Shown piece by piece: positions 44,783-53,152 of a stretch of 64,000 nucleotides of DNA. Numbering within the stretch: the first letter of the stretch is position 1; each line of letters opens with the position of its first letter. The stretch comes from a virus (lineage: Duplodnaviria > Caudoviricetes). Made by a program: the position numbers and the translations under genes. The DNA lies in the IMG/VR virus record IMGVR_UViG_3300011427_000001, positions 1 through 64,000 of that record; one strand, 5' to 3'. The notes beneath the pieces were generated by a model. That model made no database searches and was not told where the DNA came from. It worked only from the letters and a program-made list of their open reading frames with translations.

Positions 44783-47446
44783 TTACGGAACTTCCACCAA
44801 GATGTAAGAATAGGTCGAGGTATCTAGGATGTTGTCACTAGTAAGTGTAAAGCTGGTGGCCGCAATCACCGTATATGTCACCGACATACCAATCGTTCCA
44901 CCCGCCGTTTTGCGAGTGACGTAGACTCGAGTGTTGGCGGTAACGGTGGTATTGTTGACTGTGACTGTACCGCCCACCAACACAGCGTCACCGGCGCGCT
45001 GGTTCGTACCACTGGCAATAGAAATCAACTTACCAACAGACTGGATGAGATCACCACCTAGATACATCTTCTTGGCTACAGCCAAACCCCCCGCGTGCAT
45101 CACCGAAGCAGCGGTGGTCGAAGTGGCTTCCGTTGCGTCGGTCGTCGAGAGGACGCCCCCCATATAAAGAGCACCACTAATCCCAACACCACCTGTGACA
45201 ACGAACGTTCCCGTTGTCGTACTAGTGGAAGCAATGTTCTTGAGTAACGATAGCTGGCCACTTGTGCCGGTCAATTTCATCGCACACGCTAACGACGTCT
45301 CCACTGACCAAAGGAAGCTCTGGCTATTGCCATTTATGGCAAAGCACATATCCCCAACAATACTTCCCGTGATGATAGAATTTGCTGCACCCGCTGCGCC
45401 AAAACTAATTCCAGCCGGACCATCATTGTGCGGTTGAAAGGTAATTAAGGTCGACGTGTTCGTCGTCGCTTTAATGTAAAGCCGACTTGTCCCGCTCGTC
45501 GGGAATATCAACACATTGCTCTGGATAGGAACCGTACCCGTCGAAGACCCGCCCCATGAGATACCCGCATTCGCAGTTTGCAGGCTAAACCCGATTGCCG
45601 TCGTGGAGTGTGTGTTAAATAGGATTCTTTGGCTATTGCCCGCCACGCTGATGCACATATCACCAACGGCACTGCTTGCAATGGTATCACCTGCTGCCCC
45701 TTCCGCCGTGATCTGAACCGCCGCCGGATTGTCATTATGTGCCTGAAGCAAAAGACGCGCTCGCGCGTTGGTCGTCGCCTTAACCGCCAAGGTTGCAAGT
45801 CCGCTAGACGGAAACACCGACACGTTCGCCTTTATTGGCATGGTCCCCGTTGTCCCGCCACCCCATGAAATACCCGCGTTGGCAGATTCGATAGCAAAGC
45901 CGATTGCCGCTCCAGTTGCCGTTCCAGTGAGAAACCTCTGACTATTTCCGTTGATGAACAGACAAATATCACCCGCTGCGGCGCCAGTGAGTAATGAATT
46001 AGCTACACCCGTCTGTCCGAATGAAACGCCCGCTCCTGCATAGTTATTTGCTCGCCAGTCCATCCATGTTGATGTGCCCGCTGCCGCTTTCATCATCAAA
46101 ACTGAGTCACCACTGGCCGGGGACACCGTTAAGCTGGAATTGACCGTCACAACCCCTGCCCCTTTTGGAGTTAGTGAAATGCTGATGTCGGTATCGCCGC
46201 CTGTGGCGGATAAGATAGGTGCAACTCCAGTAGCAGCATTAGTGATGGTGAACTCGTTTACCGCCGAGCCGGTCGCCGTGACTTTGAAAATCTCATTCCC
46301 GTTGGTATCATTCAGCGCCGTAATTAACTTCGGCGAGGTCAGCGTCAACGTCGTGCCGTCTGTAGTGGCATTCGTGATACCACCAAAGGCGCCTCCGTTG
46401 TTGTATTGCACCTGCGTCGTGGAACCGCCAGCCGAAGTGGACAGAGATGTCGGGTTGACATATTCAAGCGCCGTCGCACCGGCATTGACGCGTAGTAGAT
46501 ACAAAGCAGTTCCAAGGGCCGTGAGCGCCGTTCCGCCCTGTGCTACCGCCACCGTATTTAACGCCGTCGATAGAATCTTACCAGCCGCATCGGTCAACGT
46601 CGTCGGTCCGCTACCTGTCTTCAGCAAGCCGGCCACGGTTAGAGTGTCAGTGGTTTTATTATAGACCAACCCCGCGTCACCTGCCAGAGCTCCACTATCA
46701 TTGAACTGAACTTGCGTGTCTGACCCGGCTACCGTGGCGGAAGGAGCTACAAACTCAAAAGCAGTGGCACCCGCATTTACTCGTAACAGGTACAATGCTG
46801 TACCCAATGCGGTCAATCCAGTTCCACCCTGCGCCACGGCTACTGTATTGAGGGAGGCGCTAAGAATCTTTCCTGTGGCATCAGTCAATGTGGTGGGGCC
46901 ACTGCCGGTTTTCAACAGACCCGCCACGGTCAAGGTGTCAGTCGTTTTGTTATACGTCAGCCCAGCATCACCGGCCAACACTCCAGCATCGTTAAACTGA
47001 ACCTGGGTATCCGAACCAGCCACTACCGCAGCAGGTGCCGCCCATTCCATTTGGGTAGCTCCTGCGTTTACTCGCAGCACGTACAATGCGGCACCAAGCG
47101 CGAGTTTGCCCACGGTATTAGTGGCGCTGCCGTAAAGCAGGTCGCCTTGCGTGATGCTCGTTTGTCCCGTGCCGCCCAGCGTAGCAGGCACACTCGCAAG
47201 CTCCTGGATTGCTCCAGTGCCAGCAGTCGTACGACCAAGGATCTTTGCCGTCGACATCGTCAACCCTGATGTGGTAATCGACTGTCCTGATGTTATGATA
47301 GGAACACCACCGGCAGTTGTACCATCACCCATGACCAGACGCTTCGTGTCGAAGTACCAACCCAACTCACCTTCATCCAGCACCACGGCGCCTAGGTTAG
47401 CTTCCGTGTCCCGCCGCTGTAGCATTTTGCGAAAAATTGTGCTCAT
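44783..47446 (-). CDS. Tail fibre / receptor-binding protein
   Basis: N-terminal RRDT...VLDEGELG..DTKRL.MGDG.T.GG anchor motif; G/T/A-rich internal repeats. Confidence 0.85.
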   Translation of the reverse strand: MSTIFRKMLQRRDTEANLGAVVLDEGELGWYFDTKRLVMGDGTTAGGVPIITSGQSITTSGLTMSTAKILGRTTAGTGAIQELASVPATLGGTGQTSITQGDLLYGSATNTVGKLALGAALYVLRVNAGATQMEWAAPAAVVAGSDTQVQFNDAGVLAGDAGLTYNKTTDTLTVAGLLKTGSGPTTLTDATGKILSASLNTVAVAQGGTGLTALGTALYLLRVNAGATAFEFVAPSATVAGSDTQVQFNDSGALAGDAGLVYNKTTDTLTVAGLLKTGSGPTTLTDAAGKILSTALNTVAVAQGGTALTALGTALYLLRVNAGATALEYVNPTSLSTSAGGSTTQVQYNNGGAFGGITNATTDGTTLTLTSPKLITALNDTNGNEIFKVTATGSAVNEFTITNAATGVAPILSATGGDTDISISLTPKGAGVVTVNSSLTVSPASGDSVLMMKAAAGTSTWMDWRANNYAGAGVSFGQTGVANSLLTGAAAGDICLFINGNSQRFLTGTATGAAIGFAIESANAGISWGGGTTGTMPIKANVSVFPSSGLATLAVKATTNARARLLLQAHNDNPAAVQITAEGAAGDTIASSAVGDMCISVAGNSQRILFNTHSTTAIGFSLQTANAGISWGGSSTGTVPIQSNVLIFPTSGTSRLYIKATTNTSTLITFQPHNDGPAGISFGAAGAANSIITGSIVGDMCFAINGNSQSFLWSVETSLACAMKLTGTSGQLSLLKNIASTSTTTGTFVVTGGVGISGALYMGGVLSTTDATEATSTTAASVMHAGGLAVAKKMYLGGDLIQSVGKLISIASGTNQRAGDAVLVGGTVTVNNTTVTANTRVYVTRKTAGGTIGMSVTYTVIAATSFTLTSDNILDTSTYSYILVEVP

Positions 47447-47465
47447 ATAGAAAGGTACGGATGGG

Positions 47466-47924
47466 TTATAGAGGAGGAGTGCCCTCGATCTCAATACTAG
47501 GTTCGTAAGAACCGCCGCCATCAATCACATCGGTAAGGGCTGACGATGCATCACCGCCATCAATTACTCCGTCATCACTGCTACCTCCACCTACGGGAAA
47601 TTGGAGCCAATCGTCAATCGTTTCACCTCGATTTGAGATGCAGACAAAAACTGCACCAGTATCACCAATGTCAGTGCGAAAGCACATATCGAATGGATGC
47701 ACGCTACGGTCCGACGTCTCATGCAGCGCCAACATCGTTGCTTCATCACCTACGGACAAATCAGCACCGTGAAACACGGGCGCGACAATCGTGCCCTCTA
47801 AAAAGACCCGCTTCTGGTCGGACGTCGTGTGCAGTTCATTTGCAAGCAGACGACCATGAGACTGAATGAACTGCCGCTGCAGGTCGGTACCCGATAGAGG
47901 GATTATTCTAGGAAAGGTTGGCAT
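47466..47924 (-). CDS. Tail-associated protein
   Basis: Start trimmed to MPTFPR; repeated IDGG motif; location. Confidence 0.55.
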   Translation of the reverse strand: MPTFPRIIPLSGTDLQRQFIQSHGRLLANELHTTSDQKRVFLEGTIVAPVFHGADLSVGDEATMLALHETSDRSVHPFDMCFRTDIGDTGAVFVCISNRGETIDDWLQFPVGGGSSDDGVIDGGDASSALTDVIDGGGSYEPSIEIEGTPPL

Positions 47925-48207
47925 GTGTATCGTATCTTCCCCATGCCCCGATAGGGCACACAAACGTAGACCACGCAAGCTTCCTTCGCCCACACCCACA
48001 AATGGTGCATGCCCCACTTCCACGATAGGCAGTAGGGTCCCAATTCTTACCCGGACAGCGGGTCGTGCATATCTCCATCCGCATCGATAGCACTTCTTCC
48101 GGGGCCCGTGCAAACCGCGACTTGACAATTTGCACACTTGCCCCGGCTAGATTGACCGCACGCCGACCTAGGGAAGGAAGCCTAACAGATGTATGCGATA
48201 TGATCAT
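47908..48207 (-). CDS. Small Cys-rich protein (DUF6171-like)
   Basis: RMEICTTRCP...CTICGC...CPIGAW; ATGA overlap with the tail-tip stop. Confidence 0.6.
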   Translation of the reverse strand: MIISHTSVRLPSLGRRAVNLAGASVQIVKSRFARAPEEVLSMRMEICTTRCPGKNWDPTAYRGSGACTICGCGRRKLAWSTFVCPIGAWGRYDTHANLS

Positions 48208-51200
48208 ACGGCAATAGACCGACAAACCACACTTGAAATGAAGTGTTCATATCCCACCTCGTTTGGCATTTCAAACTCAGGGATGTCTACCGAACCTCCC
48301 GTTTCAACTGTAGCTTCAAACGTCTCACTTGTGCCAAGGGAAACCACGTTTGTTGCCAGGTCCTTCTTGCTGATGTTTATCTCAACCATCACGTAGTCAC
48401 CTGGATTGATAGTGGGGAAGGTTATCGTGCCGCGTACTTTAGCTTCCGCATACTCAAAAATGAATTGTGTGCGACTCTCATAAATAGTAGAACAGCAGGG
48501 GTACGTCCCGCATGGCACCCATGGTTGTCCAGCCCAAGGATAGGCATTACGCATCCGGTAAATAGCGTCGTCGTCGTCATCTTCCTCATGCAGAGATTCC
48601 ACTACAGTTCCATCAGCCTGAATTGACGCCACCCCAAACCCACTGTCGTTTATGCAACACTGCATCCCTTCCGTGGTGCGATGGGTCAAGTCTGTGATGG
48701 TTTCAACGTAGTAAGGCTCCATCCTGACCAACAAGGTGAAGTAAGGCTGATAGAACAAATCAGGTCTTCCGTCTTGCTCGTACTGGTCATAGATAGGAAG
48801 TAACCCCGGAATTGGTGTCGACTCATCTCCCGGACCTCCGCCCTCTATCAGTCTGGATGTCTCGTGCTTGATTACACTGAAAGAACAATCTTCCCGACTG
48901 TACCGCTCGTCAATGTCCCATGTGTCAGTGAATCTATTTACCCCGGCTTCATAGTTCCAAGCCCCGATACCCCAACCAAAAATCGCTTGAATGGAAACCG
49001 CTATGGTGAAAATGGCTCCGATGTTTTGAGTAAACTGAAATCCAGCACTGATAGGGCCGTATCCCATCAAAGTGGCGTAGTTAGTGGGAGGCGGCATAGC
49101 GCCGGGAGGAGCAGTCTGTCCGGGTCCTATGGTATATCCATCAAACGTGTAATGGGCCAACCCTGTGTCAAAATCCACCGAATCCAAAGTCAATCGCACT
49201 GTTACCCAATAGTACGAATTGGAAAAGTAATATACCGCCACATCACCGGACTGTGGACCAGACCCCGGATAAGTTGAAGAACAGCAAGTGACAGTGGCGC
49301 CACTGACTGATTGTGTGCTTGGGTGGGCCAACTGTGATAGGTATCTAGCTGAACCGGGAGGAGAGTAATCAATACCATTCGTATTTGTCGTGTCGGGTCC
49401 TCCGTTAGTCGATTGATTGTCAAACCTAAAAATATACGGAGATATGATAGACGACACTGTTCGAATCCCCCCCAAAGTATCATACGCCACATCACTGAAA
49501 TTGGAAACATTTATCATATCCCCCGGTGCCAGATGATGCACATCTGGGCACTCTACTTCACAGAACGTAGAGCCTACCCTGGTTAAAGTGCAGAACCCGC
49601 TAATTGAAAATTGAGTCCATTGTCTTATTACATTGGACGTTAAATCACCACCTCCTAGCAAAGCCCCCGGAACAATCACACCGCTTCCGATGTTCAACTC
49701 ATCCGAGGTCATCGCCAGTATCGTGTTCCCCGGCACCACAGGATTAGCCCCGTCGTCATAATCAGGCCCACTTGGATCCATATTTCCTAGCCCATCAGGA
49801 ATCGACAAGTATTTTCCAATATCCATTTCCCCAGACACTAACCTCTTGCGATACTTCTTGGGAGGTGTTGACCCGGCGAGCTGCCCTTCCCATGTAAACT
49901 CATTGAATCCACATACCGCTAGAGCGTCTCCGCGAGATTGACACTCGAGCTGAACTGTGGATGGGACGATATCTAAAAGGTCCTTGTAGACCGGGGGCTT
50001 CTGAGGCGGGGGTGGGAAGTTGGTAAGATTGGTGAAGTTATCACCTACCCCGTCATCTTCCCACTCATACACGCTCGGGTCCGTCTCCCGCAAATTGAGC
50101 ATGATCTGAATCTTGCGGTCCTGAATGACAAAGTCCCACGACATGACATCCATGGGAGTGTTATCGAAACCAAGCTTCGGGAAATCAAAGGTTACGGTCA
50201 GTCCCGGTTGTGCACGGAGGGCCTCGATATTGCAGGGGACCGTCACCTGCCTCGAGAACCGGGAACGCAGCAAAAAGATCTTGGCCAACCGTCTGCACTT
50301 GGGTGTAGAATCAGTGTTCAGCAAGTCGACATCTTCAGCCAGCTCTTCCTTGTCTTCTTCAAGGGCATTGGAGTCCACGTAGGCCGGGAAGTCAGTGGGT
50401 TGCCATTGCGTGCCTTCGGTCGCATACACTCCGCGCACAGTGTTGAAGCGGTCGCGCTTGCTTTGCCGCGTCTTGCGCGAGACCGGTCCCACAATGATGC
50501 TCTGGTCGACTGTGAAGGTGGGAATCTGGTAAGCCCCCGCGTAGATGCGCTGCTTGCCCCCGACGTAGACCGTCGTTCCGGCCATTGCTGTACGGAACAT
50601 CCGAATGATCTCTTCTCCATCATGCTCTAACGAAATCACCCCGTCAAAGGTGTAACGAAACTCATACCTTGGCACAGCAAAGTAGGTTTCCCCGCTGGCG
50701 TAGTTTGAAGGACTGCCAGACGAGACCAACACCAGTTCTTCGCACACGTTGGCCGCAGCAATCAGTTCATCCTCACCCACCTCATCTGGATAAATCAAAC
50801 CGGGACCGAGACGTTCAAGAGTGAGGTAGTGATTGAGACAGAGCGCGACGTTGTTGGTGTACTTGACCGTCGACTCTCGCGGGTCCCAAACGTCTTTTCG
50901 ACCAAGCAAGATCGCACCAATCTGTGGCACACCATTTGGAAACGCTTCCGGGTCGTAGGTAAGTTCAACCCACGAATAACAAATGCCCCGCAGTTTATCC
51001 GACTCGGCCCAACCGGGAATGATACCAAGACCGTGCGCGGGCGGCAGTAGGTTATCACCCAGCTCACTTTCCCATCGAACTAGACCGTGGTACGGACTCC
51101 CCACTACCGGTACCAGAATGTCCGGATTGCTACTATCAATGGGTTCCACGTGCACCCCTTTACCATTGAACAGAAGAGCTTCCATCTGTTCGCAGGGGCC

Positions 51201-51491
51201 GTCACCCCAGATCAAAATGTAATGAAGCTTCTCGTTCTCAGCCCCGCTGACCGCAACGTAGTCTTCAATCCCACCTACCCGCGTGCGACCGTAGATGAGT
51301 CGACGGGGCATCGCAGTTGCTCGCACCTGATATAGAACGCCCCGCTGCTTCTGTGTGGCTTGCTGCGCTGCTTGCCGAGCTGCCTTTTGCGCAGTTTGAT
51401 ATGACGTGTACGAAACGGCCGCCCCAATGGCCATCACCGCAAACACAATGATGTCAACCACACTTGCGAAGATTAGGGGAATTTCAAACAT
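48204..51491 (-). CDS. Tail tip / host-specificity protein (lambda J-like N-terminal half)
   Basis: RRLIYGRTRVGG, LRGICY, RFNTVRG, RRLAKIFL.R.R. Confidence 0.85.
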   Translation of the reverse strand: MFEIPLIFASVVDIIVFAVMAIGAAVSYTSYQTAQKAARQAAQQATQKQRGVLYQVRATAMPRRLIYGRTRVGGIEDYVAVSGAENEKLHYILIWGDGPCEQMEALLFNGKGVHVEPIDSSNPDILVPVVGSPYHGLVRWESELGDNLLPPAHGLGIIPGWAESDKLRGICYSWVELTYDPEAFPNGVPQIGAILLGRKDVWDPRESTVKYTNNVALCLNHYLTLERLGPGLIYPDEVGEDELIAAANVCEELVLVSSGSPSNYASGETYFAVPRYEFRYTFDGVISLEHDGEEIIRMFRTAMAGTTVYVGGKQRIYAGAYQIPTFTVDQSIIVGPVSRKTRQSKRDRFNTVRGVYATEGTQWQPTDFPAYVDSNALEEDKEELAEDVDLLNTDSTPKCRRLAKIFLLRSRFSRQVTVPCNIEALRAQPGLTVTFDFPKLGFDNTPMDVMSWDFVIQDRKIQIMLNLRETDPSVYEWEDDGVGDNFTNLTNFPPPPQKPPVYKDLLDIVPSTVQLECQSRGDALAVCGFNEFTWEGQLAGSTPPKKYRKRLVSGEMDIGKYLSIPDGLGNMDPSGPDYDDGANPVVPGNTILAMTSDELNIGSGVIVPGALLGGGDLTSNVIRQWTQFSISGFCTLTRVGSTFCEVECPDVHHLAPGDMINVSNFSDVAYDTLGGIRTVSSIISPYIFRFDNQSTNGGPDTTNTNGIDYSPPGSARYLSQLAHPSTQSVSGATVTCCSSTYPGSGPQSGDVAVYYFSNSYYWVTVRLTLDSVDFDTGLAHYTFDGYTIGPGQTAPPGAMPPPTNYATLMGYGPISAGFQFTQNIGAIFTIAVSIQAIFGWGIGAWNYEAGVNRFTDTWDIDERYSREDCSFSVIKHETSRLIEGGGPGDESTPIPGLLPIYDQYEQDGRPDLFYQPYFTLLVRMEPYYVETITDLTHRTTEGMQCCINDSGFGVASIQADGTVVESLHEEDDDDDAIYRMRNAYPWAGQPWVPCGTYPCCSTIYESRTQFIFEYAEAKVRGTITFPTINPGDYVMVEINISKKDLATNVVSLGTSETFEATVETGGSVDIPEFEMPNEVGYEHFISSVVCRSIAV

Positions 51492-51936
51492 ACGGAACCC
51501 TCCATGCGCAGCGGGTTCGTCTCATTGGTACCGACAGCAACCCTTTTCGGCCCGGGGTCATAGCGTGTGTCCCCGCACATACCCCCAACCCCCCACACCA
51601 ATCATCCGTCTCACCCGGTAATGTGGCAATGAACACGGGGTCACCCCGATGCGCTTGCATCCAGTTAATTTCAACAAAGCCCGCTTCAGTGAGCACTTGG
51701 CTCACCACCTTGTAGAAACCGTCTTCCCCAAAACTGCGAAGCAGCTCCTTCGCCTCTTCGTCATTCCGGTACTTTGACACAAAACTATCAGCCAGCTCAA
51801 TCCCAACCACTTGAAACACTGCCCCCGAAGTAAACCGCACGCAGTCGAACACGCCCCGGTCGAAACAATGTCGCATGTGCTCAACAAAGTAGGATTGGAG
51901 TCTGGTTTCCCAGCCGGGTAGCTTGGTCAGGTTCAT
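51484..51936 (-). CDS. Tail-tip NlpC/P60-like protein (DUF6950-like)
   Basis: WETRL...FDRGVFDC..F...RGD...G.C.G. Confidence 0.7.
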   Translation of the reverse strand: MNLTKLPGWETRLQSYFVEHMRHCFDRGVFDCVRFTSGAVFQVVGIELADSFVSKYRNDEEAKELLRSFGEDGFYKVVSQVLTEAGFVEINWMQAHRGDPVFIATLPGETDDWCGGLGVCAGTHAMTPGRKGLLSVPMRRTRCAWRVPYV

Positions 51937-52523
51937 GCTTGTGTGCGTCCCCACGTGATTTCGAGATCCTGAATTTGTTCGATCTTACTCAAGCCCGTGT
52001 CACCTTCCCCGGGATTGAGAAGCTGTTGGTCACGATCGGTGTATCGCCATTCGCGCTTGCGCAGGATATCGACCAAGCGATGTTCACAATAGATTGTCAG
52101 GTTGGCAGCTTTGGCCGAGAACATCACGTCGTCAGCATCCAGCACTCCGCGCCACAGCGGTTCAGGCAGCATTACGATATCAGGGGCGTTGGTGCTGGTG
52201 CGGTCCCAAAACCCCAAAAGAATTTCGCACCGTTCCTTTTGATAGGCGTCACTGGTCAGTTGGTTCACTAGGTCTTGGTCCAAGCCATTGAGTGAAACCT
52301 TCAGACCTTGCGCTCCCGTGTCTACCGTCTCCGAAATGGACTCAATGCCTATAATACCCCCCACTCCCGTCCAAACATTGGTACCGTCGTTGTAATCGCC
52401 CTTGCCAGTCCAGATACGCCGGGGCTGTGAAGGGAAGTCAGCAAACAGGAACACGACCGGCTCAAGCAACTCCGCCGCAATCATTGCCAACACCTCGGGA
52501 GACAGTGTGCGTTCAGAAGGCAC
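51933..52523 (-). CDS. Minor tail (hub) protein
   Basis: WTG.GD...WTGVGGI...E; YTDRDQQ..PG..D.G pattern. Confidence 0.7.
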   Translation of the reverse strand: MPSERTLSPEVLAMIAAELLEPVVFLFADFPSQPRRIWTGKGDYNDGTNVWTGVGGIIGIESISETVDTGAQGLKVSLNGLDQDLVNQLTSDAYQKERCEILLGFWDRTSTNAPDIVMLPEPLWRGVLDADDVMFSAKAANLTIYCEHRLVDILRKREWRYTDRDQQLLNPGEGDTGLSKIEQIQDLEITWGRTQA

Positions 52524-53149
52524 TAGATGGCCTCCTCGAAGCTGAAGTTGAAGCCGTTCATGAAATACTCAACGTCCGCTGCGAACTCCGGCCATTCCAG
52601 CAACCTGAACAAACCGAACGCCTCAATCCCGACCGTGATGTCAGCATTGTCAGCAAGGTCATTCCGTGCGTGCGGCCAGATGGAGAGGGTCGCATCGCCC
52701 GTCCCGTTGCTGGACGCATCTTCAAGCAACTGGTAGAGCCGACTGTTGACCGAGATGTAATCCCCCTCAAGCAGCATGTCCGTGACATTGATGGGCCAAC
52801 CATCGGTCACGAGATCCGACCCGTTTTGTCCCGCCCCGTTGACCTTGGGTGCTAGGGATGTGCTCAGTGTCAATGCCCCACGATGGTCCGCCGCCTTTGG
52901 GTCCTGAAACAGAAAGGTGCCTTCCACTCCGTTGAGTTTGAGAAAAGCCGACTGCCAGGCTCGGGCTTGGACAATGCTGTTCATCACTCCTATCTCCGCC
53001 GTCGCCCGCCGAATCTGCCCATCCCAGGCATACACCTTCGAGCGAAATGAAAACTCAGTGGGTTGACGCGCCACAGCCGAATCCGGCGTCCAGGTAAACT
53101 TAATGCAGCCCGGCAGCGTTGGAAGTGATATGGGATAGGTGATAGGCAT
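52523..53149 (-). CDS. Distal tail protein
   Basis: MPITYP, AFLKLNG..GTF.F.DP; follows the tape measure gene. Confidence 0.7.
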   Translation of the reverse strand: MPITYPISLPTLPGCIKFTWTPDSAVARQPTEFSFRSKVYAWDGQIRRATAEIGVMNSIVQARAWQSAFLKLNGVEGTFLFQDPKAADHRGALTLSTSLAPKVNGAGQNGSDLVTDGWPINVTDMLLEGDYISVNSRLYQLLEDASSNGTGDATLSIWPHARNDLADNADITVGIEAFGLFRLLEWPEFAADVEYFMNGFNFSFEEAI

Positions 53150-53152
53150 GGT

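Noticed and set aside
44783-47446. Diversity-generating retroelement TR/VR pair
   Set aside because: Repeat differences are synonymous rather than adenine-specific, and no reverse transcriptase is present.
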